Shown here piece after piece: positions 1 through 8,876 of a DNA stretch of 64,000 bases (its first letter is position 1; each line of letters starts with the position of its first letter). The translations under genes and the position numbers were made by a program. A model generated the notes under the pieces. It did no database searches, was not told where the DNA came from, and saw only the letters and a list, made by a program, of their open reading frames with translations. This DNA is from a virus: the IMG/VR virus record IMGVR_UViG_3300042898_000421. One strand, given 5' to 3'.

Positions 1-1371
1 CCAGCCTATAAATTAGGTCGTTGGGACGGCAGTGTTAGTTTTTTCGGATTAGGTGGAACTACCTATCTATCAATGCTACCACAGGTGTTAACATATCTTG
101 AGAGTAAAAATTACAACATTGATCTTGAAGATAATCGCAAGCCCATTGCCCTAGATTTTCCTGAAATTTTTGAAGATTTTTGGGGTGATCAGACATGGCC
201 CGAAGGTCATCGATTTGCAGGCAAACCTATTAGACTGCGTGACGATCAAGTTGAAGCAGTCAATATGTTTCTTAAAAATCCACAGTGTATTCAAGAAATT
301 GCAACTGGTTTTGGCAAGACAATAACCACCGCAACTTTATCGAAAATTGTGGAAAAATATGGTCGTACAATAACCATTGTTCCTAACAAAAGTCTTGTGG
401 AACAAACAGAGGAAGACTTCATTAACTGTAAATTAGATGTAGGTGTTTACTACGGTGACAGAAAAGATCTGAACAAAACGCATACTATTTGCACCTGGCA
501 AAGTTTGAATATTTTAGACAAAAAATCCAAAGATACCACTGATGAAGAAGTGTTAACTTTAGCAGAATTACTCGAAGGAGTTGCTACAGTTATGGTTGAT
601 GAAGTACACATGGCCAAGGCGGAAGTGTTGAAAAACTTGCTAACCCGAAATCTTGCCAACGCACCAATACGCTGGGGCTTAACTGGTACTGTACCTAAAG
701 CAGACCACGAATTTCAAAGTTTACGTGCAAGTCTAGGTGAAGTAGTACATCAAGTTCGTGCTCACGAATTACAGGAAAAAGGTGTACTAAGTGATTGCCA
801 CGTAAACATTATTCAAACGGCAGAGTGGAAAGAATTTAGCGGATATCCTGAGGAGTTAAAATTCCTAGTAACCGATAATGATAGGATGAGTTACATATCT
901 ACGCTAATTAAAGAGATTGCAAACACTGGCAACACCCTTGTGTTAGTTGATAGAATCGAGTGCGGAGAATTCCTACAAACTCATCTTAGTGGCTTATTCA
1001 ATGTTTTGAAAGAAGAACCGGATGTTGCTTTTATATCTGGTAGAGTAAAAACCAAAGATAGAAAGACTGAATATGACGAAGTTAAAACTGCTACTAACAA
1101 GATTATTGTGGCGACTTACGGTGTGGCCGCTGTTGGTATTAATATCCCTAGGATTTTTAATCTGGTTATGTTGGAGTCCGGAAAGAGCTTTACTCGCGTT
1201 ATACAATCAATTGGGCGAGGCATTAGAAAAGCAGACGACAAAGACTTCGTACAAATCTGGGATATTACAGCGTCAACGAAGTATGCAAAGAGACACCTTA
1301 CTGAACGAAAAAAGTTCTATAAGGATGCGAAATATCCATTCGAAATTCAAAAAGTGAAATATAACAAATAA
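1..1371 (+). CDS. uvsW: UvsW-like SF2 DNA helicase (5' partial; frame open from base 1)
   Basis: Walker A ATGFGKT, DEVH, GINIP, QSIGRGIRK. Upstream in-frame PAYKLGRWDG shows the gene starts before the window. Confidence 0.9.
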   Translation, partial: PAYKLGRWDGSVSFFGLGGTTYLSMLPQVLTYLESKNYNIDLEDNRKPIALDFPEIFEDFWGDQTWPEGHRFAGKPIRLRDDQVEAVNMFLKNPQCIQEIATGFGKTITTATLSKIVEKYGRTITIVPNKSLVEQTEEDFINCKLDVGVYYGDRKDLNKTHTICTWQSLNILDKKSKDTTDEEVLTLAELLEGVATVMVDEVHMAKAEVLKNLLTRNLANAPIRWGLTGTVPKADHEFQSLRASLGEVVHQVRAHELQEKGVLSDCHVNIIQTAEWKEFSGYPEELKFLVTDNDRMSYISTLIKEIANTGNTLVLVDRIECGEFLQTHLSGLFNVLKEEPDVAFISGRVKTKDRKTEYDEVKTATNKIIVATYGVAAVGINIPRIFNLVMLESGKSFTRVIQSIGRGIRKADDKDFVQIWDITASTKYAKRHLTERKKFYKDAKYPFEIQKVKYNK

Positions 1372-1874
1372 TGCAAATCTTAACCTTAGAAAACAAAACA
1401 TTTTATCTCAACGAATTACCTGAAGAAGTAGACGATGATCTACGATTTTCAGTATTAGATAATAGTGATAATCAAAATCCTGATTACTTTTTTATCCCAC
1501 TAATTTTTCTTGAAAGTTTTACTGGTCCTGCAGCAGTTCTTAAAATAGGTCAGGATGAAATTACTATGCCACTTGATTGGTGTACAATTGTCGGAGATCC
1601 AGAAGGACCAGATATGGAAGTATTGCCATTAACAAGTCTAAATGATAGAGGATTCAAAACATATTGTTTTAATCCACTTAGTAGCTTTAGGCCAGAATTT
1701 CATGAAATTGATATTATTGATGTTTATCAAGATGTTAAATGGTATTTTCCTAAAATGAGGGCTGGGCAACTTTTAACCACACCATTACATGCAGGCGAAA
1801 AACCTTTATGCGCCTATTTTGTTAAAGAAGTTTCTAGACAAAGTGAGATTGTAGATTACACAAGATGTTGGTAA
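1371..1874 (+). CDS. hypothetical phage protein
   Basis: 167-aa ORF coupled to uvsW (TAATG overlap); no recognisable motif. Confidence 0.75.
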   Translation: MQILTLENKTFYLNELPEEVDDDLRFSVLDNSDNQNPDYFFIPLIFLESFTGPAAVLKIGQDEITMPLDWCTIVGDPEGPDMEVLPLTSLNDRGFKTYCFNPLSSFRPEFHEIDIIDVYQDVKWYFPKMRAGQLLTTPLHAGEKPLCAYFVKEVSRQSEIVDYTRCW

Positions 1875-1875
1875 G

Positions 1876-2157
1876 ATGTCACTAATTTTTGAAAGTCCGG
1901 ATAAGGGTAAAACTGTTTATGCTAGAAATGCAGGTTCTACTGAAAAAATGCGGATAGACAGTTCCGGCAATGTAGGAATCGGAACAGGATCACCTAGGGC
2001 ATCATTGCATGACGAAATAATGGAAAGTAAATTGTGGGGTGATATTCATCGTGCTGCCAAGTCCGATACTGCTTTACAAGCCGCCCTGGACCGTGTTAAA
2101 ATAACATACTACCTTACAGAAGATTACGAAAAAAGATATGGCAACCGCAAAACTTGA
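1876..2157 (+). CDS. small hypothetical protein containing a tail-fibre-like MRIDSSGNVGIGT segment
   Basis: 93-aa ORF in operon context. Confidence 0.7.
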   Translation: MSLIFESPDKGKTVYARNAGSTEKMRIDSSGNVGIGTGSPRASLHDEIMESKLWGDIHRAAKSDTALQAALDRVKITYYLTEDYEKRYGNRKT

Positions 2158-2602
2158 TATTAAGCGTGAACTAAATGCAGTAGACAGTCGCAACTATGAC
2201 TTTTACGAAAACCTCACCGACGAGGAAAAGAAAGCATTCAGTCCTTACATCTTAATGAGGTATACTGCTAATGTGCAAGGTGATCAATCATTGCAAGAAT
2301 GGTTCCTAGAAAGGACTAACGAGTATGTTAATAAAAATCATTGGGAATTAAGTAAGAATCATAGACCCTTGTTGTGGAAATTATTTGCAGCAACTGGTAT
2401 TGGTTCTAACATGTATCATCCTTATCTTGCCGCAGGTAAAAAGGGCAAAGCAAATAAGATTGAAAAACTGTTAGCTGAAATTTATCCTGCATGGAAGCTA
2501 GATGACATTAAGACGTTAGCTAGCATGATGACTAAGAAAGACATCGACGAACTGTTTGACAAAATGGGTTTTGACAAGAAGCAACGAAAAGATTACGAAT
2601 GA
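2138..2602 (+). CDS. possible clamp-loader small subunit (T4 gp62-like)
   Basis: FSPYILMRY...NEYVN pattern, size and replication context; no decisive motif. Confidence 0.4.
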   Translation: MATAKLDIKRELNAVDSRNYDFYENLTDEEKKAFSPYILMRYTANVQGDQSLQEWFLERTNEYVNKNHWELSKNHRPLLWKLFAATGIGSNMYHPYLAAGKKGKANKIEKLLAEIYPAWKLDDIKTLASMMTKKDIDELFDKMGFDKKQRKDYE

Positions 2603-3294
2603 TAGCATTGGCAGATCAACCTTTTAATTGTGTACATTGCGGTAAGAGTTTTATGAAAGAAAAGACTCTAGTAGCGCACATGTGTGAACAAAAAAGGCGT
2701 GCTCTGCAGAAAGATGAGAAGCGTGTTCAAGCAGGTTATATGGCCTATGTTCGTTTTTATCAACTTACACAAAATGATAAAAAAGGCAAGACCTATGAAC
2801 ATTTTTGTACCAGTGCTTACTATAATGCCTTTGTAAAGTTTGGCAGTTTTGTCAATAACGTCAATCCTATCTATCCTCAAAAGTTCATTGACTATGTGAT
2901 TAAAAGTGGTGTCAAATTAGACCACTGGTGCAGGGATGAACTGTATGAACAGTACCTATTTGACATGCTCAAAGTAGAACCAGTCGAAGCAGCAGTGCAG
3001 AGAACATTGCAAACAATGATGGATTGGGGAGACGAGCATAGTGCAAATTTTGCACAATACTTTGATTATGTCAGTTTGAACAAAGCAGTGCATGACATGC
3101 TAAATGGTCGCGTTAGTCCGTGGCTTATCCTAAATTGTACATCGGGTAAGACCATGGTTAGTAAGATGAGTGACGAACAGTTGAGCATGATTACACCTGT
3201 ATTTGATGTTAAATTCTGGATGAAGAAATTTAAAGATAGTCCTGCAGATATCTTGATGATTCAAGAACTGTGCAACGAGACTGGGATAAAATGA
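2599..3294 (+). CDS. N-terminal zinc-finger protein
   Basis: CVHCGKSF-x6-VAHMC, a C2H2-like finger, followed by a helical domain. Confidence 0.55.
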   Translation: MIALADQPFNCVHCGKSFMKEKTLVAHMCEQKRRALQKDEKRVQAGYMAYVRFYQLTQNDKKGKTYEHFCTSAYYNAFVKFGSFVNNVNPIYPQKFIDYVIKSGVKLDHWCRDELYEQYLFDMLKVEPVEAAVQRTLQTMMDWGDEHSANFAQYFDYVSLNKAVHDMLNGRVSPWLILNCTSGKTMVSKMSDEQLSMITPVFDVKFWMKKFKDSPADILMIQELCNETGIK

Positions 3295-3551
3295 CAGCCT
3301 TTATTAACAACATGTCCCAAGAAGAATTAAAAACATTTCTTCGTAAGGTCATGGGCCCTCCTCGTCGAACATTAGAAGGTCAAGAAAAAGAAAATGTTTG
3401 GTTGATGATACAGATGCAAGATGAGCCCGACGAGTTTAGTAACAATCAACATAGTATATCTGAAGTCTACAGATTTAATCAGCGAGAATATCATGTGCAT
3501 TATTTTCCTAACGAAAGTCCGTATATAGAAGAAATTATGAACGATGATTGA
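3291..3551 (+). CDS. hypothetical protein
   Basis: ATGA overlap with the upstream stop favours a start at 3291. Confidence 0.65.
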   Translation: MTAFINNMSQEELKTFLRKVMGPPRRTLEGQEKENVWLMIQMQDEPDEFSNNQHSISEVYRFNQREYHVHYFPNESPYIEEIMNDD

Positions 3552-3795
3552 AATTCGAATACCGTTCGACACTATAGTTCAATACAGACATCTTAATTTT
3601 ATGAAACTACACCACGCTAGTAACCACGCTATCCAGTTAGCAGAATGGTGTAAGGATCAGGGATTGATTATGGGACTAGATTTTGAATGGGCAGTATTTC
3701 AAGCCGATGAATATGTAACATTTAAGTTTATGAACAAGGGTGAGAAATATTCAACTATGTTTGCATTAAAGTTTGGGAGCGGCAACGGAGTATGA
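3544..3795 (+). CDS. small paralogue family member (C-terminal F-x-F...TMFALKF)
   Basis: C-terminus resembles the ORFs at 4404-5330. Confidence 0.65.
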   Translation: MIEIRIPFDTIVQYRHLNFMKLHHASNHAIQLAEWCKDQGLIMGLDFEWAVFQADEYVTFKFMNKGEKYSTMFALKFGSGNGV

Positions 3796-4100
3796 TTACT
3801 AAAACACTTTGGACACTGAGTAAGCCCGATGCTACAGAAATTGATGCAACATTCCTATTTGGGTTGGGTTGCGAAGTGGAAGTCGTTATGCCCGAATGGC
3901 AAGATTTTGAAACTTCAAATGGAACACGCTGGCGATATCAAAACGAAAATCCCTACATCAAGATAACAACCACTTGCGAAAAACAGGAAATGATGTTAAA
4001 ATTAAAGTACGGGGACGCACTCCTTCTATCAGAAACTCCAACATCTTTTTTAGACTATGAAGACTTCCATATGGCACCATACAGCAGATCAGCAGCCTGA
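3792..4100 (+). CDS. hypothetical protein (possible distant member of the same family)
   Basis: ATGA-coupled; contains EKQEMMLKLKYG. Confidence 0.6.
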   Translation: MITKTLWTLSKPDATEIDATFLFGLGCEVEVVMPEWQDFETSNGTRWRYQNENPYIKITTTCEKQEMMLKLKYGDALLLSETPTSFLDYEDFHMAPYSRSAA

Positions 4101-4407
4101 TAAAAGCGGCTATTATATGGGCTTCAGGACCGTAACCCTAGCTGACGATACTTGTGGTGTAGATTACTTTTATTGGAATCATACTGGAGGCATGAACGGC
4201 AAGGGAGAATGGCGTACTGACAGCACCTGTCATAGTCATTGGGCTAATGTCTATTACTGGACCAAAGATAATCCAGAGCAGTGGGTCGATAGTGATCCTC
4301 CTGTGAGATATAGAAAAGCACCAAAGTCTAATCCAGCATTGGCTATCGCTTGGAACAATGTCCAAGAAGCACTGCGTCAATATGAAATTGTGAAAGCACT
4401 AACATGA
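4057..4407 (+). CDS. hypothetical Trp-rich protein
   Basis: 116-aa ORF in operon. Confidence 0.6.
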   Translation: MKTSIWHHTADQQPDKSGYYMGFRTVTLADDTCGVDYFYWNHTGGMNGKGEWRTDSTCHSHWANVYYWTKDNPEQWVDSDPPVRYRKAPKSNPALAIAWNNVQEALRQYEIVKALT

Positions 4408-4604
4408 GACGACTTAAAAAAGAATTATGGCCATATAAGACCAAAGTTAATCTTTTGCACAGTACCAGAGAAGTTGATGAATGGTTAGGAAAGACCTTGG
4501 GCAAATTCAAAGGTAAATGGAATGTAGTTCATCACAGTACTTCTATTGAATATTATTTTAAACAAGATCGAGATCTTACTATGTTTATGTTGAGGTGGTC
4601 ATGA
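4404..4604 (+). CDS. small paralogue family member (YYFKQDRDLTMFMLRWS)
   Basis: shared C-terminal motif; ATGA coupling. Confidence 0.75.
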   Translation: MRRLKKELWPYKTKVNLLHSTREVDEWLGKTLGKFKGKWNVVHHSTSIEYYFKQDRDLTMFMLRWS

Positions 4605-4876
4605 CCAGTATTAGTTCTATTGTCGGCGGCTTGAACATCGGTTCAGAACACGAACTGCGACCTATGAAAACGGGAGAAGCTGGCGGATGGGGTATGAAAT
4701 ATACCTGGATTGAAATGGCTCGAACAGAAAGCACTCCCTTGGATCTAAATGAACAGGCACAGACTTGGTGCAGAGAACGATTTGGAAATAGTGGCAGTCG
4801 TTGGTTTGAAAAGAAAGACAAATTTTATTTTAAAGATGAAAAGGATTTGACCTTATTCATTCTGAGGTGGTCATGA
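4601..4876 (+). CDS. small paralogue family member (FYFKDEKDLTLFILRWS)
   Basis: shared motif; GAGGTGG SD-like sequence then ATGA overlap. Confidence 0.75.
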   Translation: MTSISSIVGGLNIGSEHELRPMKTGEAGGWGMKYTWIEMARTESTPLDLNEQAQTWCRERFGNSGSRWFEKKDKFYFKDEKDLTLFILRWS

Positions 4877-5109
4877 GTGATACTGCTAGCTGGATTACAT
4901 TTGGTAAAGAACGTTATTGGCAACATCCAGACATGGAACAATGGTGCCACGAACATATAGGAACCGGTGGGTGGTCCTACCAAACTCCTAAAACTTGGGA
5001 AGGCATGAATGGTAAGATTTGGGTTATGCACAGCATGTTTGGCAACACTACTTTTGCATTTAAAGATTCTAAAGACTTAACTATGTTTTTGTTGAGGTGG
5101 GGCACATAA
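4873..5109 (+). CDS. small paralogue family member (FAFKDSKDLTMFLLRWG)
   Basis: shared motif; GAGGTGG SD-like sequence then ATGA overlap. Confidence 0.75.
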   Translation: MSDTASWITFGKERYWQHPDMEQWCHEHIGTGGWSYQTPKTWEGMNGKIWVMHSMFGNTTFAFKDSKDLTMFLLRWGT

Positions 5110-5129
5110 AGTGATATATACTATAGAAC

Positions 5130-5330
5130 ATGATTGAGTTTAAAGTTCCTAGCGTAGGTAAAGCAGAGGCTTGGTGCATGAAGCACGTTGGGCCTCGTCT
5201 CTATTATATTCACGATAGAATAGGTGGAGAAGGTTGGCGCATTATGCCGCTTCGTGGCGGCGCTGAAATTTTACTTTGCTTAGAGGACGACAAGAAAGCC
5301 ACAATGGCTATGTTAATGCTGATAGAATAA
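5130..5330 (+). CDS. small paralogue family member (divergent)
   Basis: AEAWC...GGEGW...EDDKKATMAML resembles its neighbours. Confidence 0.6.
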   Translation: MIEFKVPSVGKAEAWCMKHVGPRLYYIHDRIGGEGWRIMPLRGGAEILLCLEDDKKATMAMLMLIE

Positions 5331-5713
5331 TGACTACAGAAAATATAAAACAATTTTGCCAACATCACAGTATTCGTGTACTTGATACAAACAAGCGGGC
5401 ACATCGGTACAGCAAAGTCAATTTAAATTACTTTAGAGATCCTATGGATTTTAATCGAGTTTATGAAGATGTTATATATGATAGCGAACCGTTGTATACT
5501 GTGGAAATTGCTGAAAGTGAATTAGAAAGAATTGCAGACTTCGAATCCGAGGTGTTTAACAACATGAAGAAGCAAGGGCATTACAGAATGTTTGAAACAC
5601 TAATGGAGCAGAAAGAACGAGAGAGAGCACTGCGGGACAAATATCCAGCAGTAAAAAAAGCATACGAACAATATAGCCTAATGTTAAAACTGGCTGAAAG
5701 TGGAGAATTATGA
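5330..5713 (+). CDS. hypothetical protein
   Basis: TAATG-type coupling favours a start at 5330. Confidence 0.7.
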   Translation: MTTENIKQFCQHHSIRVLDTNKRAHRYSKVNLNYFRDPMDFNRVYEDVIYDSEPLYTVEIAESELERIADFESEVFNNMKKQGHYRMFETLMEQKERERALRDKYPAVKKAYEQYSLMLKLAESGEL

Positions 5714-6066
5714 GATTAGAAGGTTTTGTAGAAAAAGGTTGGGGTCACGAATTAATTTGGGCAACAAACGACAAGTATTGCGGAAAATTACTAAAGTTTA
5801 ATACCGGTGCTAGATTTAGTATGCATTTCCATTCTGTAAAGGAAGAAACCTGGTATGTGTTAAGCGGTGAATTTCAAGTTAGATTTATTGATACGAAGAC
5901 AGCGGATGAATATTTAGAAGTATTAAAACCAGGCTCTGTGTGGCATAATAATCCACTGGTACCACATCAACTGATTTGTCTCGAAGAAGGGACCATTATC
6001 GAAGTTAGCACACCGGACAGTGTCGAAGACAATTATCGAGTTGCTAAAGGAGACAGTCAGAAATGA
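5710..6066 (+). CDS. cupin sugar isomerase-like protein
   Basis: VEKGWGHELIW, SMHFHSVKEETWYV and HQL cupin metal motifs. Confidence 0.8.
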   Translation: MRLEGFVEKGWGHELIWATNDKYCGKLLKFNTGARFSMHFHSVKEETWYVLSGEFQVRFIDTKTADEYLEVLKPGSVWHNNPLVPHQLICLEEGTIIEVSTPDSVEDNYRVAKGDSQK

Positions 6067-6851
6067 AAATTTTGATTACAGGGTATAAAGGTTTTATTGG
6101 TCAAAATATGGTCAATGCACTAAATGACGAACACGAACTGTCTCTTTTTGAATGGGGAGAAGAACTTCCAGATTTTAGAGGCTTAGACTGGTGCATACAT
6201 TTAGGAGCAAATTCGTCTACTACTGAAATGGATGTAGACAAGATGCTAGATCAGAATTATGATTTTAGTAGACTTGTTATCAATCAATGTCAGGCAAACA
6301 ATGTAAATTTGCAATATGCAAGTTCTGCAAGCGTATATGGACTAGGAAAAGAATTTAACGAAAATGCACCTGTTCATTTGCTAAGTCCATATGCATGGAG
6401 CAAATATCTTTTTGAAAGATATGTAAGTGGATTTAGAGAAAAATGGTCTAACATAACAGTCCAGGGATTTAGGTATTTCAACGTGTATGGACCTCATGAA
6501 GATCATAAAGGTGATCAGTCTAGCCCTCATCATAAGTTTACCAAGCAGGCAGAAGCTACCGGAGTTATCAAGCTATTTGAAAATTCTGAGAATTACAAAC
6601 GTGATTTTATTTCTGTACATGAAGTAGTTAGTATTCATAAAAAGTTTTTTAACGTAACTGAATCTGGTATTTGGAATGCCGGTACAGGTCGCGCTACATC
6701 GTTTGATAACGTTGCTCGAACAATTGCAGAAGGAATGAAATGTAGAGTTGAATATATTCCTATGCCTGATAATGTTAAAGCACATTATCAAACATACACA
6801 TGTGCTGATGTAACTAACCTAAGAAAGTATTATGACCCGAGTAATGGTTAA
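6063..6851 (+). CDS. hldD: ADP-L-glycero-D-manno-heptose 6-epimerase-like extended SDR
   Basis: TGYKGFIG, HLGANSST, YASSASVYG, YAWSK, FRYFNVYGPHE, RDFI. Confidence 0.85.
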   Translation: MKILITGYKGFIGQNMVNALNDEHELSLFEWGEELPDFRGLDWCIHLGANSSTTEMDVDKMLDQNYDFSRLVINQCQANNVNLQYASSASVYGLGKEFNENAPVHLLSPYAWSKYLFERYVSGFREKWSNITVQGFRYFNVYGPHEDHKGDQSSPHHKFTKQAEATGVIKLFENSENYKRDFISVHEVVSIHKKFFNVTESGIWNAGTGRATSFDNVARTIAEGMKCRVEYIPMPDNVKAHYQTYTCADVTNLRKYYDPSNG

Positions 6852-7236
6852 CGGAACATTTGATATTCTGCATCGAGGTCATATTGAAATGCTCAACTTT
6901 GCTAAAAGCAAAGGAGATGCGGTACTGGTTGTGATTGATACTGATCGTAGAGTGCAAGAGTTAAAAGGTGATGATCGTCCTATTAACAACCAAGAAGATC
7001 GTAAATTTCATTTAGAAAATTTAAAAGCAGTTGACAGTGTATTGTTTTTTGACAGCAAAGAACAACTTATAGAAATAATGAAAAGCTGGAAACCAGACGT
7101 GTATGTAAAAGGCAGCGACTGGAAAAAAGATAGACCTAGCACAGCAGAAGAATATTGTAAAGAAGTGATCTATTATGACAGAGTCGGCGAATACTCAACT
7201 ACCAACACCATTCAGAATATTATTAATCGGGGATGA
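6832..7236 (+). CDS. heptose-1-phosphate adenylyltransferase (RfaE domain II/HldC-like)
   Basis: NGTFDILHRGH, KGDDRPIN, VKGSDW, YSTT. Confidence 0.85.
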   Translation: MTRVMVNGTFDILHRGHIEMLNFAKSKGDAVLVVIDTDRRVQELKGDDRPINNQEDRKFHLENLKAVDSVLFFDSKEQLIEIMKSWKPDVYVKGSDWKKDRPSTAEEYCKEVIYYDRVGEYSTTNTIQNIINRG

Positions 7237-7942
7237 TTGCTTAGATGTTTATCAGTTTGGAACTGTTGACAGAATAAGTCCCGAGGCACCTGTTCCTGTA
7301 TTCAAATATAGCTCTAAGGAAGAAAGAGCAGGCATGGCTCGTAATGTCAAACTCAATCTTGAAGCACTGGGCTGTGAAGTTACATACCTATGCGGAGAAA
7401 CAAGTGTTAAGACCAGATTAATCGATTCCAAAAGTAAACAACACATTGTAAGAATTGACAATGATGTTAAATCTAATCCTATTGAATTTGCTTCGGCTAT
7501 TCCTGCGATTTACGACGCAGTTGTGATCAGTGACTACAACAAAGGTACAGTTAGCTACGAATTAATCGAAGAACTCGTTGCTTTGAGCATACCAGTGTTC
7601 ATAGACACTAAAAAGACTGACTTAGAACGTTTTCAAGGTGCATGGGTTAAGATTAATGAACTAGAGTATAGCAGATTAACAAGCGAGTGTGCTGGGTTAA
7701 TTGTTACATTAGGTAGCAAAGGTGCTAGACTATGGGACGAAGTGCATCCAAGTAAACAAGTAGAAGTAAGTGATGTTTGTGGATGTGGTGATACTTTTTT
7801 GGCGGCACTAACCACTCAATACCTATATACAAATGATATAAAGAAAGCTATAATGTTTGCTAACGTTGCCGCAGGATTAACTGTACAACATTTAGGAAAT
7901 TACGCACCATCATACGACGAGATTAGAAATGCCGGATATTGA
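7175..7942 (+). CDS. heptose-7-phosphate kinase (RfaE domain I/HldA-like, PfkB family)
   Basis: IGDDCLD, RISPEAPVPV, SDYNKG, DVCGCGDTF. Confidence 0.85.
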   Translation: MTESANTQLPTPFRILLIGDDCLDVYQFGTVDRISPEAPVPVFKYSSKEERAGMARNVKLNLEALGCEVTYLCGETSVKTRLIDSKSKQHIVRIDNDVKSNPIEFASAIPAIYDAVVISDYNKGTVSYELIEELVALSIPVFIDTKKTDLERFQGAWVKINELEYSRLTSECAGLIVTLGSKGARLWDEVHPSKQVEVSDVCGCGDTFLAALTTQYLYTNDIKKAIMFANVAAGLTVQHLGNYAPSYDEIRNAGY

Positions 7943-8519
7943 TATCGACTTTGCTGATAGAACAAAAATTCTCAAAATTATCGAGCATGTACCAGCGGCT
8001 ATTAAAGATAATGGAACTTTTAAAAAGCACAATACTGGCGTATATTGTCATTCTATCCCGTACAATTCCATAACTGATACTGCTAGCTTTGACTATAAAG
8101 AAGCTGAAAACCGCGGGTATTTTAAGATTGACCTATTAAATGTTGGAATTTACAAAGATGTACGAGATGAAGAACATCTCTTAAAATTATTAAATCAAGA
8201 ACCACTATGGGATCTTTTACAACAGGACGATTTCACTAATATGTTGTTCCATGTGAACGGTCACGGATCAATTCTAAGACAGATGTTGCCAAATAGCATA
8301 AGTCAATTGGCTGCGGTATTAGCTATGATTAGACCGGCAAAACGCTATCTAATTGGACAAGACTGGAATACTGTAAACGCAGAAATTTGGCAAAAGCCTG
8401 CGGGTAATGAGTATTATTTTAAAAAAGCTCACGCTATAGCATATGCGGCAGCTATTGTAGTTCAAATGAACTTAATTTGCGAAGGTCTTACTTCCTCGCA
8501 TTCCTTATTAGCTGAATAG
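7929..8519 (+). CDS. miniature DNA polymerase III alpha (DnaE)-like protein
   Basis: PDIDIDF, KKHNTGVY, FKIDLL, AMIRPA, YFKKAHAIAYA, all C-family motifs in order. Confidence 0.75.
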   Translation: MPDIDIDFADRTKILKIIEHVPAAIKDNGTFKKHNTGVYCHSIPYNSITDTASFDYKEAENRGYFKIDLLNVGIYKDVRDEEHLLKLLNQEPLWDLLQQDDFTNMLFHVNGHGSILRQMLPNSISQLAAVLAMIRPAKRYLIGQDWNTVNAEIWQKPAGNEYYFKKAHAIAYAAAIVVQMNLICEGLTSSHSLLAE

Positions 8520-8856
8520 ATTTACGTTTTACTCTCTTTTCAGCAATTTCGCTTAGATTAACACTAGGACCAAATACTAACTCTATGTCTTTTACATTAA
8601 AAGTTTTTATAAAGGGTCGGAATACATGCATTTCTTTTTTAAGAAAAATGTTTATGGGTATTTTTCTGTTACTTTCCCACCACCAGACTTCACCCATTTC
8701 TAGGAAAATCTGTCGTTCCTCGACTCCTACGATCATAGATAGATCGTAGATGCTAGCAACATAATCATCAAAGTTAATAACAATACCTACATATTCCTTA
8801 TCATTGGATTTTAAGCAGGTTATGAACGGAAAGTTTTCTTGGAACTGGTCTCTCAT
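8488..8856 (-). CDS. hypothetical phage protein
   Basis: 122-aa ORF, WWWESNRKIPI; convergent overlap with the DnaE-like gene. Confidence 0.7.
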   Translation of the reverse strand: MRDQFQENFPFITCLKSNDKEYVGIVINFDDYVASIYDLSMIVGVEERQIFLEMGEVWWWESNRKIPINIFLKKEMHVFRPFIKTFNVKDIELVFGPSVNLSEIAEKRVKRKSIQLIRNARK

Positions 8857-8876
8857 TAGTTTAAAATAAATACTTT

